From the NCBI RefSeq assembly GCF_009914755.1, contig NC_060930.1: a stretch of 64,000 bases of DNA; one strand, 5' to 3'. The DNA comes from the human T2T-CHM13v2.0 reference genome, Homo sapiens. A model generated the notes under the pieces. The model did not search any database and was not told where the DNA came from. It was given only the letters and a program-made list of their open reading frames with translations. The position numbers and the translations under genes were made by a program. Below, piece after piece: positions 14,594-42,950 of this stretch; the first letter of the stretch is position 1; every line of letters begins with the position of its first letter.

Positions 14594-16618
14594 CAGTGGT
14601 CCCCAGCCTTTCTGGCACCAGAGGCTGGTTTCGTGGAGAAAATTTTTCCACAGACCAGAGTGGGGATGGTTTAGGGATGATTCAAGTGCATTATATTTGT
14701 TGTGCACTTTATTTCTATTATCACATCATGTCACAGGATCCTTAGGATGTCGCTTTGCCAGCTGGAAACCTCTGTGGTTGGAGGTGCCGCTGCATGAGTT
14801 TTACTCACATCTGCTGGGCTTGTTCCACCCATTCAGCCCAGCAGGCTGCGCTTGGCTCACACTACTACCGGCCCAGATCTCATGTCTGCCAATGGCAAGC
14901 CAGGCATGGGACGGCCACAGGTGTGTCAGTGAATGAGTGTGGTGTCCAGCCACTGTGCACAGCCAGGCATGCCAGCTGCGGTGGAGCGGGCAGCTCCAGG
15001 TACCGGTTCCATGTGAGGCTGCAGCTGGACCAGACGTACCATAAGCAGCTTCTACTGCAGGCACCAGCATCTGAACAAAGGGAACACGATGGTGCCCAAA
15101 AACTCGGAGACACCAGGAACTGCAGAGCCCCAAAGAGGGTGTTAAAGCATGTCACAGCCCTGGCTCAGGGAGCCCCAATGTTTGGGCAGCTAAAAGGGCT
15201 GCAGCTCTTCACTCCTTCTCGTCACCCACAATGTGGTGAGTGAGGGACGTGTTTCAGCCCTGTTTGTGTTACAGCTCTTTCAGTCCCATCATTCAACAGG
15301 TCCTGCATTCTTGTCTCATCTCCAGGAAGCATGAGGTACTTGGACAACTGGAGGGTGAGCAAGGTGGAGAGGAGCTTCATGAGTTACAGAACAGCTCTCA
15401 GGAGACCCGAAGTGGGTAGCTGCTTTCCGCAGGCAGGTTGTACTGACAAGTGTCCAGCACTCAGCAGAGAGGAGACCTATAGTGGGTAGCTCCTTTCTGC
15501 AGGCAGGTTGACCTGATGAGTGTGTGCGTCTGGCTGGGTCTGGGGTTTTTGTGGGCTCAGAAGGGAGGAAGTGCATGCTGACTGGTCCACGGGTGGACCT
15601 GGAAAAAGCACCATAAGTTCTCACTTCAGGTTGTGGACTCCATCCAGAACCGGCAGCCTAGCCCTCAGGCTTCAGGCTGTCCCTGGCTTGAAGGTGGGGC
15701 TTCACCAGTGACCCACCCCTTCCTGCCTAGGAATGAATCTGCCTGCTTCCTGCCACCATCAACATGCCATCCATGTTGCCCAGGCTGTTCAGGATGAGGG
15801 AGGCCTGTAGGCCCATGCTGAGCTACCTTCAGCCCCCCGACATCCTCCCTCCCTGAGCTTGTCAGCACCCACAGTTTCAGAAGGAGCCAAGGCAGTGGGG
15901 TGGCACCCCTGGCCAGGTCACAAGAGTGTTCAGGCTTGGCTTCAACTTTGCTCTGAAATTGGAGTGACAGTCAGGAGTGGGGAAAGGCCAGGGAGCAGGA
16001 AAAGGTACTTCCAAGCCTTCAGGGGAAGGGGGGCTTCCTGGGCCCCCAAGAGTGCAGGGATGCCTAGGTCCAGAGCCATGGCTGGGTGGCTGTAGCTTCA
16101 CCTGGGTGTGTGGGGAGCCAACTTGGTAGCAGGCAGGGCTCTCACCTGTTCCTGGCCCCTGCCAGCTCCATGGAGCGTACAGCCCTGGCCACACCTCCCA
16201 CACTGCAGCTGGCATCCCCTCAGCAGTTGCTCCAAATGGGCTGATGCCACCATCAATTGTAACATACAATGAAATAATTATACAACTCACCCTAATGTAG
16301 AATCAGTGGGAGCCCTGACCTTATTTTCCTGCACCTAGACAGTCCCATCTGGGGATGATGGGAGACAGTGACAGATCATCAGGCATTAGATTCTCATAAG
16401 GAGTGCACAACCTAGATCCCTCACATGCACAGTTCACCATAGGGTTCATGCTCCTATGAGAGTCTCATGCTGCCACTGATCTGACAGGAGGCAGAGCTCA
16501 GGTGGTAATGCGAGCAATGGGGAGCAGCTATAAATAGAGACATAGCTTCGATTACTTGCCTGCCGCTTACCTCCTACCGTGCAGCCCGGTTCCTAACAGG
16601 CCATGGTTGGGAACCCTG
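14594..16618 (+). mobile_element. MER1A hAT-Charlie element (14594-14728 + 16256-16618) split by an LTR
   Basis: cagtggtcccc...gggaaccctg termini; 8-bp TSD CTATAGAG (14586) / CTATACAG (16619); internal caggcattagattctcataaggag. Confidence 0.88.
14729..16255 (-). mobile_element. MER52-family ERV1 solo LTR (~1.53 kb)
   Basis: TG...CA termini (tgtcacaggatcctt ... ccaccatca); GC-rich; interrupts MER1A exactly. Confidence 0.85.
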
Positions 16619-17381
16619 CTATACAGGACCAAACATAAGAAGTACATCTGACATCTCCTCAGAAACCATGCAAGCAAGAAGACAGTAAAGTGAAATATTT
16701 AAAGTGCTAAAAGAGAAAAATCCCAACACAGAATTTTGTACCCTGAAAAATTATCCTTTCAAAGTGAAAGAGAAATAAAGACTTTCTCAAAGATTGAAGA
16801 AATTTATTACTAGTAGACCTGCCTTGCAAGGAATGTTAAAAGAAGTTCTTCAGAGAAAAGGAAAATGACATAGGTCAGAAACTCAGATCTATACAGAGAA
16901 AAGTAGAGCATTAGACAAAAAAAACCTGAAAGATAAAAACTTTTATTTTCTTATTCTTAATTGATCTAATAGACAACAGTTTGTCTAAAATATTAATAGA
17001 AACAACGTATTTAATTGTATATGCATAGGTATATATACATGTTTAATTATGCTTATGTATAAGTGAAATGAATGAGATGAAAGATCTAAGGACAAGGAGA
17101 AATTAGGAATATTCTGTCATTACGAGGTACTTACACTACCTGTGAACAGGTATAGTGTTATTTTAAAATGGACTTAGAATAGTTGTAAATGCATATGCAA
17201 ACTCTAGGGCAACCACTTTAAAAAAAGTTTTTAAAAAGGCATATAATTGATATGCTAAGTGAGGAGAGAAAATGGAATCATAAAAACTGCTCAAAACCAT
17301 AAAAGGCATAAAAAGCATCAAAGACAAAAATAGGGACAAAGAACAAGGGCAACAAATAAAAATAGTAACAAATATGGCACA

Positions 17382-17777
17382 TGTTATGGTCTGAATGTTT
17401 GTCCCCCTGGCCCTAAAGCTCATATTAAATCTTAATCCCCATCATAACAGTATTAAGAGGGTGGGAAATCCAACTATGGTATTTGAGAGGTGGGACCTTT
17501 GAAAGGTAATTAGGATTAGATGAGATCATGAGGATGGGGCATTAGTGGCTTTAAAAGAGAAGTAAGAGTTAACACACTCAGGCCCCTTGCCATGTAATGT
17601 CTTCTACCACCTCAGAACTCTGCAGAGAGTCCTCATCAGCAAGAAGGCCTTTACCAAATGTGCCACCTCTACATTGTACTTCCTAGCATCCAGCACTCTA
17701 AGAAATAAATCCCTTTTTTTTATAAACTACCCAGTCTTAGGTATTTAGTTATAACAACAGAAAACAAACTAACTAAA
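17382..17777 (+). mobile_element. MST/MLT1A-type MaLR solo LTR
   Basis: tgttatggtctgaatgtttgtcccc...agaaataaat...tataaactacccagtct. Confidence 0.82.
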
Positions 17778-17911
17778 TATTAATCCACCTCTATCAATAA
17801 TCACCTTAAACATCAATGTTCTAAATATATCAATTAAGACAGAGATTGTCAGAATTGATTTAAAAAAAAAAAAAGACCCAACTATAAGATGTTTACACAA
17901 AACCCATATTT

Positions 17912-18166
17912 CATTTTATTTTTTATTTCAATAGTTTTTGGGGTACAGGTGGTATTTTGGTTATGTGGATGAGTTCTTTAGTGCTGATTTCTGAGATTTT
18001 GGTGCCCCCATCATCTGAGCACTACACACTGTACCCAATAAGCAGTCTTTTGTCCCTCACCCCACTCCCACCATTCCCCGAGTCCCCAAAGTCCATTATA
18101 TCATTCTCATGCTTTTGCGTCCTCACAGCTTAGCTTCTACTTGTAAGTGAGAACAAACAATATTTG
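17912..18166 (-). mobile_element. 5'-truncated L1PB1-like 3' end
   Basis: Reverse L1PB tail; TSD AAAACCCATATTT (17899) / AAAACCCATACTT (18167). Confidence 0.85.
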
Positions 18167-21094
18167 AAAACCCATACTTTAAATATAAAGACATGTACAG
18201 ATTAAAAGTGAAAGGACAGAGAAAGATTTATCACTCCAACAATAATCATTAAAAAGCAGGAGGTAAGAGGTAGTGATGCCAGCAACATGGCAGAACAGGA
18301 AGCTCCTGACTCTCCCTCCACCCACAAAAGCACCAAATAAACATCTATTCACGAATCAGTTCCCTCCGAGAGAAAGTCAGGGACCAGTTGAGAGACTCCT
18401 ACACACTGGGCGACTAAGAAAATTTCCACATCAAATGGGAAGGAAAAGCTGAGGCATAGGACCCTGCCTTAGACACTGCTCCACATTATCTGGAAAGGAC
18501 TCCCTAATATCAAGCTTCTTCCTGTGGAGAAGAGGATTTGTACTCACATGTAGAACCCTAACTCTAAGGTTTCCCATGGTCTGGTTCTTAATTCACCGGC
18601 TCTGAGAACAAAGAGGATTAAACACCCAAGACTCTCTAGACCACAATAAAATTGTGGTGGTTTGCTATGGGCACTCGAGTACTTCTGGGGCTTCATCCCC
18701 CAAGAGCAGTGCAGAGAAGGGGCCTAAAATATGCAGCCCCTTCTTTCTGCCTGGAAGGAATCTATAACACACTCTTCTGGTGGCTACATGCCTGCTTGTC
18801 TTCTAACGAACTTGCTTCAGGAAGTTAAAGAGGCAGACAAATATAGCTTGGCTGACAGCCTAAGAAGTGGACCGGCACTTCTTGAGTCTTCTCCCCTGGC
18901 TCATGCCAGAGGTAACTCCAGGTTTATTAATCTCTCATGGAAGAGAGTCTGACTGTATATTGAGCACCCACAATTTTACAGCTCCCACTCAACGGACTGT
19001 GTCCTAAACTTCCTATCTCTGAAACCAGAGGGAACAAAGTATATGTGAGTCTATCTGCACCACAGAAAAAAGTGCCAGTTTTATATGGGCATGTAGGCAT
19101 TTCAGGGACGTCATACCATAGGGGCAGTGCAGAGAAGGGGCTTTAAAAACAGCTATTTCTCCTCAAATGGGGTTTATGCCACATATCAAGTGCTCCAACT
19201 TTTATAGCACCTCCCTAAATATTCCCTCTCTAAACTACTCTTAGCTCTGACAGCAGAAGATAGCAGGCATATGTGAGTCTCCTTAGATCACAGAACAAAG
19301 GGGTGGTCTTGAACAAGTGTGCAAACACTTCTAACGGCTACATCCCCTTGGAAAAGTCCCAAAAAGGGGTGAAAACATGTAGCTTCCATCTTCTCTCCAG
19401 AAGGGGCTTATAACATACTTCAAGTGGTCATTTGACAAGCTGGCTTCTAATGGACTTGCACTGGGGAGCTAACAGGGCAAACAAATAGCTCTGCAGCAGC
19501 CAAAACAGAGCTTGACACTTCATGATCCTTTCCTTTGGCTTACCCCTATGATAAATCTAGGCCTCCCCCATTCTACGTGAAAAAAGTCTGATTACACAGC
19601 AAGTGCCATAACTTCTATAACTTCCACCCAAGGTAATGTCTTCTTAACAAACTAGCTCTGGGAGTTGATGGGACTTTGCATTCTTGAGTGGTCCTAGATC
19701 CAAGAAAAAAGAGGTGGACATACAATGGGCCCACATCCAGCAGCTATCTCCCCAGGATCTGAGGGCACAGCCTAAACATGAGTTCAGACATTTGCCATAG
19801 ATCCTCTACCTGGCTTAGCACAGAAAGAGTGGGAAATAGACACCCACATTCAGCTTCACCATGAAGATGGAAGTAATTGAAACACATAGCCAACACCCCA
19901 ATCTTTCCAGCTACATCTAAGATAATCTGGCTCCTAACTTCCCTGTCTTGAGGTACTGGCAGAACATGGCACATCTTAAGCTCCACAGTGCAACCCTAAA
20001 CAGAGACAACAGTCTGGATGAACTCGAATATTTGAGAGGCACCTTAAAATCTTTGGCCAGACAGATTAGTGAGAACTTTCTCCTACATGAGACAAGTCTG
20101 ACAAGACTGGGAGAGGTAGTTGTCTTATCTAATACACAGAAACCAAAATAGAGAGTCATGGAAAATGAAGAAACAAGGAAATACATTCCAAAGAAAAGAA
20201 TATGGTAAATCTCTAGAAACTAACTGAAGTGAAGTGGAGATATGTGATGTACCTGAGAGAAAATTCAAAATAATGGTCAAAAAGATGCTCACCAGGGTCA
20301 ACAGAGCAATGCAAGAAAAAAATGAGAACATCAACAAAGAGAAAGCATAAAATTATCAATTGAAAATCATATATCTGAAGAGTACTATAACTTAACTGAA
20401 AAATTCAAGAGAGGGGTTTAAGAGTAGGTAAGATCCAGTAGAAGAATAGATTGGTTAACTTGAGACAGGTTACTGGAAATCATCCAGTCTGAGGAGAAAA
20501 AAGAAAAGAAAAAGTGAAGGTAGCTCAAGCAATTTATGGGGCACCATCAGGTAAAACAACTTACGTATTATTGGCATGCCAGAAGGAGAAGAGAAAGGGA
20601 TAGAAAACACATCCAAAGAAGTAATGGCAGAAAACTTCCCAAGCCTGGGTAAGAAGATAGAAAGCCAGAGACAGGAAGCCCAAACAATACCAAATAAGAT
20701 GAATCCAAAGAAACCTATGCCAAGACAATCACAATAAAATTATAAAAAGTTAAAACACAGAGTGTTGAAAGCAGTAAAGTAAAAGCAAATCATCACATAC
20801 AAAAGAACCTTCTCATAAGACTATCAGTGGATTTCTCAAGAGCAACCTTGCAGGTCAGAAGAGAGTGAGATGATACATTCAACATCCTAAAAGGAAAAAA
20901 AAAAACCCCATCAACCAATAACTCTATACTCAGCAATTCAGTCTTTTAAAAAAAGGGGGTGATAAAGACTTTCTCAAACAAAAAGTTTAAGCATTTGCCA
21001 CCATTAGACCTCTTTTACAAAAAAAACGCTAAAGGGAGTTTTTCATGCTGAAGGAAGAAGACACTATTAGTAACATGAAGACATAAGAGAGTAT

Positions 21095-22031
<937 letters not shown>

Positions 22032-22205
22032 AATTAATTATATTTCTAATAAAAAGGTTAAACTGTTAAAAGAACTAAAGCTACAATAATTTTTAAGGAA
22101 TGCAAATTATAAAAAGACAAAGTATGACATCAAAAATACAAAATGTGTGAGGAGGAAAAATAAAAGTGTAGACTTTGTGTATGTGATAAAAATTAAGGTG
22201 TCATC

Positions 22206-23272
22206 CATAGGCATGGGCAAGGACTTCATGACTTAAATACCAAAAGCAATGGCAACGAAAGCCAAAATAGACAAATGGGCTCTAATTAAACTAAAGAGCT
22301 TCTGCGTGGCAAAAGAAACTACCCTCAGAGTGAACAGGCAACCTACAGAATGGGAGAAAATTTTTGCAATCTACCCATCTGACAAAGGGCTAATATCCAG
22401 AATCTACAAAGAACTCAAACAAATTTAAAAGAAAAAAAAACCCCATCAAAAAGCGGGCAAAGGATATGAACAGACACTTCTCAAAAGAAGACATCTATGC
22501 AGCCAACAGATACATGAAAAAATGCTCATCATCACTGGTCATTAGAGAAATGCAAATGAAAACCACAATGAGATACCATCTCATGCCAGCTAGAATGGCA
22601 ATCATTAAAAAGTCAGGAAATAACAGATGCTGGAGAGGATGTGGAGAAATAGGAATGCTTTTACACTGTTTGTGGGTGTATAAATTAGTTCAATCATTGT
22701 GGAAGACAGTGTGGTGATTCCTCAAGGATCTAGAACTAGGATTATCATTTGACCCAGCAATCCCATTACTGGGTATATACCCAAAGGATTACAAATCATG
22801 CTACTATAAAGATACACACACGTATGTTTATGGCAGCATTATTCACAATAGCAAAGACTTGGAACCAACCCAAATGTCCATCAATGATAGACTGGATTAA
22901 GAAAATGTGGCACATATACACCATGGAATACTATGCAGCCATAAAAAAGGATGAGTTCACGTCCTTTGCAGGGACATGAAGCTGGAAACCATCATTCTCA
23001 GCAAACTATCAGAAGGACAGAAAACCAAACACCACATGTTCTCACTCATAGGTGGGAACTGAACAATGAGAACACTTGGACACAAGGTGGGGAACATCAC
23101 ACACCTGGGCCTATCTGGGGGTGGGGAACTGGGGGAAGGATAGCATTAGGAGAAATACCCAATGTAAATGATGAGTTGATGGGTGCAGCAAACCAACATG
23201 GTACATGTATACCTATGAATCAAACCTGCACGTTGTGCACATGTACCCTAGAACTTAAAGTATAATAATAAA
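22206..23272 (+). mobile_element. 5'-truncated L1PA (L1PA5-like), ~1.07 kb
   Basis: ORF2 C-terminus [13 protein letters not shown]...CWRGCGE; perfect 18-bp TSD AAAAATTAAGGTGTCATC at 22188 and 23273. Confidence 0.95.
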
Positions 23273-25496
23273 AAAAATTAAGGTGTCATCAACTTAAAAT
23301 GGCCTATTGTAAGTATATTTTCTGTAAGCCTCAGGGTAAACACAGAACAAACGCCTATAACAGATACACAAAAGAGAAAAGATCCAAAGCATACCAATAT
23401 AGAAAGTCATCAAACCACAAAGAAGGCAAGAGAGGAAAAAGAAACAAAGGATTTACAAAAAAAAAAAAAAAAAAAAAAAAAAGAAGCCAATTTAAAAAAT
23501 GGCACTAGGAAGTCCTTACTTGTCAGTAATTACTTTCAATGTAAATGATTAAATTATCCAATCAAAAGGTATAGAGTGGCTGAATGGATAAAAAAGACCT
23601 AACATAGGATGCCTACAAGAGACTCACTTTAACTTTAGGACTCTCAGACTGAAAGTGAAGGGATGGAGAAAGACATCCCATGCAAATGGAAACAAAAAAA
23701 GTCTAGGGTAGCTACATTTATTTCAGACAAAACAGACTTTAAGGAAAAAAACTGCAAAAAGAGACAAAGAACATCATTATATAGTAAGAACGGTATCCAT
23801 CCATCAAGAGGGTAAAACAACTGTAAATATATATGCACCCAACACCACAGCACCTAACATATAAAGCAAACTTTAAAAAGTCTAAAAGGAGACATAGCCT
23901 GCAACACAATAATAGTAAGTTATTTCAACATCCCATTTTCAACACTGGACAGATCATTTAGACAGAAAATCAATATGAAAACACTGGACTTGAACTATAC
24001 TTTAGACCAAATGGACTTACCAGACATATACAGAACATTCCACTCAACAGCAGTAGAATACACATTCTTCTCAGGAATACACAAAATATTCTCCAAGACG
24101 CATCACATGTTAGACCACAAAACAAGTCTTCAATTTGAGACAACTGAATTCATATCAAGTATCTTTTCCAACCACAATGATATGAAACTTGCTTCAATAA
24201 CAGAAAGGACCATGGAAAATTAACACAGTGGAAATTAAGCAATATGCTTCTGAACAACTATTGGGTCAAAGAAGAAATTAATGGGTTTTTTTTTTATCTT
24301 GAGACAAAATGAAAACACAACATGACAAAACTTATGGAATGCAGCCAAAACAGTTCTAAGAGGGAAGTTTATAACAATACATGTCTACATCAAAAAAGAA
24401 GAAATATTGCAAATAATCTAACATCACAACTTAAGGGACTAGAAAAAGAATAATAACCCGAGCTCAATGTTAGCAGAAGGAAGAGAATAACAAATATCAG
24501 AGCAGAAATAGAGACTAGAAAAACAATAGAAAAGATAAACAAAACTAAGGGTTGACTTTTAAAAAATAAAATTGACAAACTCTTAGCTACACGAGGAAAA
24601 AGAGAGAAGACTCAAAATCAGAAATGAAAAGGACATTATAACTGATAATACAGAAATATGAAGGATTATAAGAGACTACTCTGAACAATTACATGCCAAC
24701 AAATTTGACCACCTAGAAGAATTAGGCAAATTTCTAGAAATATATAATCTACCAAGACTGAACCAAAAAATTATTGAAAATCTGCATGGATGAATGAGTA
24801 AAGAAGTTGAATCAATAATTAAAAGTCCCTCATCAAAGAAAAGCCCAGGACCAGAAGGCTTCATGGCTGAATTTTACCAAACATATAAAGAAGAATTAAT
24901 ACCAATCCTACTCAACTCTTCCAAAAACTAGAGAGAAAGAGAATTCCGAACTCATCTTTTGAGGCCAATATCACACTAATACCAAAGCCAGAAAAAGACA
25001 CTACAAAAAAAATTTACAGGCCAATATCACTGATTAACAGAGATACAAAAATCTCAACAAAGTAATAACAAAACATATTCAACAATATATTAAAAGAATC
25101 ACTCACCATATTCAACAATACACTGAAAGAATCATTCACCATAATCAGGTAGTATTTATCCACAGGTTACAAGGTTGGTTCCACATATGCTAATCAGTAA
25201 ATATGATTCCCCATATTAACAAAATGAAGGACAAAAACCATAAAATCATTTCAATAGATGTACAAAAAACATTTGACAAAAGTAAACATCCTTTCAGGAT
25301 AAAAATTCTCAACAAGTTAGGGGTAGAAGGATGTTCCTCAACACAATAAAGGCCATCTATCACAAACCCAGGGCCAACATTACATACAATGGTGAAAAGT
25401 TGAAGGCTTTTCCTCTAAGATCACAAACAAGATAAGGGTGCCCACTCTCGTCACTCCTGTTCAACATAGTATTACAATAGCATCAAAAATAAAGAA

Positions 25497-29527
<4,031 letters not shown>

Positions 29528-30754
29528 GACATCTTTACACATCTTAGAATGACTGTAATCCAAAGAACTGACAACACCAAGTGATGGTGAGGATGTGGAG
29601 CAACAGGAATTGTCATTTACTGCTTCTGGGAATGCAAAATGGACAGCCACTTTGGAAGACAATTTGGCAGTTTCTAACAAAAGCAAACAGATCGTTACCA
29701 TACAACCCAGCAGCTGTGCTCCATGGTGTTTACATAAGGCACTGGAAAGTTATATGCACATAAAAACCTGCTCACAGGTGTTTACAGAAGCTTTATTCAT
29801 AATTGCCGAAACTTGGGGGCAACCATCTTGTCCTTCAGTAGGTAAATGGATAAACTGTAATACATCAGACAATAAAATATCATTCATTGTTAAACACAAA
29901 TGAGCTATCAGAGCATGAAAAGACATGGAGTAACCTTAATAGCATATGTTAGTAAGTAAAAGAGGCCAATCTGAAAATACTACATACTGTATGATTCCAA
30001 CTATATTACATTCTCGAAAAAGTAAAGCTATGGAGATATTTAAAAGATCAGTGGTTGCCAGGGGTTGAAGGGAAAGAGGGATGAGGGATGAACAGGCAGA
30101 TCACAGAGGATTTGGGGGCAGTAAAACTATTTTGTACAATACCATAATGGTGGATATGTGTCATTATACATTTGCCAAAGCCCATGGAATGTACAACACT
30201 GAGTGAATCCTAATGTAAATAATAGAATTTGGGTAGCAATGATGTGTCATTGTTGGTTTATCGGTTGTAATGAATGTACCACTCTGAAACTAGCTGACAC
30301 TAGAGAAGGTTGTATGCATGGCAGGGAGGGAGAATATAGGAACTATAGTTTCTGTTCAGCTTTGTTGTAAACCTAAAACTACTCTAAAAAACAAATTTTA
30401 TTAATTAATAAGCAAAAACTGTTGTGACCCTGAGTTGGGCAAAGATTTCTTACATATGACATCAAAGGCACAGTACTCAAAGAAAAATTATAAGTTGATC
30501 CTCGCTGAAGTTAAAAATGTTTGTTCTTCTACAATGTTAAGAAAATGTGAAAGATAAGCAACAGATTGGGAGAACGTATTTGCAAATCCTTTATCTGATA
30601 AAGGACTTGTACACAGAATATATAAAGAATTTGCAAAACTCAGTAAGAAGTAAACAAAACCTCACTGAAAAACTGAGCAAAAAAGTTTGAACAGTCCTTT
30701 CATAAAAGAAAATATACACATGGCAAATAAGCACATGAAAATATGTTCAATATA

Positions 30755-31188
30755 TCCCCTCCCCTTGAATCAGGGCAGAGCTTTGTGACTGCCTTGACCC
30801 ATACAGTATGGTGAAAACAATGCCACGTCATTTTCAAGGCTAGATTGTTAAAATGCTAGACATTTCTGACTTGTTTTCTTGGAATGCTAGATTTTAGAGC
30901 CCAGCCACTATGTTGTAAAGAAGCCTAAGCAACCTACAGAGAGGCCTGTGTGGACAGAAAGTGAGGACCAAGGACCCACAGCCCAGGGTGAGCACCCAAC
31001 CTACAGTCAGCACCAATGTGCCAAGCATATGAGTAGCTATCTTGAAAGTGGATCCTCCAGCCCCCAGTTGAGCTGCCACAGCTGATGCACATGGAACAGA
31101 AAAAACCTGCCCAAATTGCAGATCTGTAAACAAAATAAGCTGCTAAGTTTTGAAGTGGTCTCTTACTCAGTACTACATAACCTAGCCA
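30755..31188 (+). mobile_element. MLT1 (G/H-like) MaLR LTR
   Basis: cccctccccttgaatc...tgtgactgccttgacc...cctgcccaaattgcaga...ctaagttttgaagtggt. Confidence 0.78.
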
Positions 31189-31725
31189 AGACCACTAAGA
31201 GAAAGACAGACAACCTAATGGAAAAATGGAGAATGGACTTAAAATAGGTATTTCATGAAAGAGAAAGTCAATAAACACATGAAAAGGTGCTCAACCTCAT
31301 AAATAATAAGGAAAATTCAAATTAAAACTACAGTGTAATGCCATTACACACCCACAAGTATGGTTAAGTATTTAAAAATCTGACAGTGCAAGTACTGGCA
31401 AGGTTGTGAGGCAAAGTCAACTCTCATGTGCTACTAATGGGAATAATAACGGATACAACTATTTTGGAAAAGAGTTTGGCAATATCTACAAAAGTTTCAG
31501 TTATACATACTCATGTACTCAGAAACTTCACTGCTAAGTCTGTTCCATACAGAGATTGTGACCATCTGCACCAGGAGGGAGATAGGTAAAAGAGGGCTCA
31601 TCATAAAATTCTTCATAATAGTTAAACCTGGAAACAACTGAAAAGGCTATCAACAGAACAGATGAATAAATTGTGGTATATTCAGACCGTGGAATAATGC
31701 ATAACAATTAAAAAACAAAGTACTA

Positions 31726-33930
<2,205 letters not shown>

Positions 33931-34699
33931 TAAAAAGGGCAATGAAATAATGAAGGACATGCAAATAATACCATTTAAAGAATGGTTTGTAACATTGGGT
34001 CTGTTTAGCCTAATTAAAAAAAAAAATACAGGGAATCGAAATTTTTATATCCTCTGAAAACTCTCCTATGGAAGAGGAATTAGATAAATTTGTAGCAGCT
34101 TCAAAAGAAATTAACTGAGACTAACATGTAGAAGTTTACAAGGAACTGTTGGAAACTCGAGGTGTTTGAAGAGGAATGAGCTGCCTTACAAAATAGTGAA
34201 CTTTTCATCAAAGTAAGTCAAAGTAGAATGTCCACTTGTCAGGATAGTATAAAAAGGTATTTATGCAATGAGTAGGTAACTGCCTAAAGGACTAAAGGTT
34301 CTAAAAATCCCTTCTAAATCTGTCTCTTAGCAATACAGAAAGGACTTTCAGCCATTTCCTGAAATCTGTGGCAAAGGTAATTAAAAACTAAGACAGCTAA
34401 GTATTTCTTCCCACTTTTGTTAATTCCTTGAATGCAAAAGACAGAAGGAAAACAAAGTTGTCTCTTTGTCTCTGTCTTATGAGAGGCAAGAAGAGGGAAA
34501 TAAATAGTACTTCTAATGATTAAAAGGTGATTATATTTAAGATGTCTTTCCTTTCAAACTTTGGGTTTTTAGTACTGGAATAGGGAAGTTAGTAGAAGGC
34601 AGCCAGGGGACAAAGGGATGAGTACCAATTCATTCTCTCTTCTTGTAGAGGATTCCTGTGTTCAACAATTCAGCAAACATTTATTGTTAATATCAAAGC

Positions 34700-35014
34700 A
34701 TAGTAGTCTCTCCTTATCCACAGGGGATACGTTCCAAGACCCCCAGTGCATGCCTGAAAGTGTGGCTAGTACTGAACCCTATACACACTATGTTTTTCCT
34801 ACACATACAAACCTAAGATAAGGTAATTTATAAATTAGGCACAGAGATTAACAAAAAATAATAATAGAACAATTATAACAATATACTGCAATAAAAGTTA
34901 TGTGAATGTGGTCTTTCTCAAAATATCTTACTGTAATGAACTCATCTATTTTCAGACAGTGATTGACTATGGGAAATTGAAATCATGCAAAGCAAAACCC
35001 CGGATGAACTACTG
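34700..35014 (-). mobile_element. MER44/Tigger7-type MITE
   Basis: tagtagtctctccttatccacaggggatacgttccaagaccccc ... ggatgaactactg. Confidence 0.75.
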
Positions 35015-35489
35015 CATGCACTAAAGTAAGCATAATGCACTGAAGTACTATGTCAGCCAAGGATTACGTATAATTTTATAATAATGTTTAATTTATACAC
35101 CCTAACTTTCCTGAGCCCCACCTTTTTCAATCCTGACTCCCTCCGCATCTAGATAAGAACGTTTCCTTCCTCCTTGAAACTTTCCATTTCCCAACTAGTA
35201 CCTCCAGTCAATACATATTTATACACACCCTTCCAAAAAACAGCACTCATCTTCCTGTTGACTTGTAGTTTGTTTGTATCCTATGGTAAAATTCAGTGAG
35301 CGAGTCAATGTGCGGAATTTATTGTATAAGTATTACATTTTCTCTATGAGGACATGGAACTAGTGACCAAATAAAGCTTCATTAAAAACACCAAGGGAGG
35401 AAAAATGGCACCAGAAATTACTAGCAAACCAGGAATAATGACTGCACTTAGAAAAACTGAACAGTGAAAACAGCGTTAAAAACATCACT

Positions 35490-42950
<7,461 letters not shown>

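Noticed and set aside
14697-16290. Cluster of 60-160 aa ORFs
   Set aside because: All lie within the GC-rich MER52 LTR; no gag/pol/env motifs.
18590-19730. Spaced repeats as a CRISPR-like array
   Set aside because: Long degenerate units inside an L1 5'UTR in primate DNA; no constant repeat-spacer structure and no cas genes.
22466-24223. RT/endonuclease-like ORFs as a functional retroelement
   Set aside because: Short, frameshifted L1 ORF2 remnants from different insertions.
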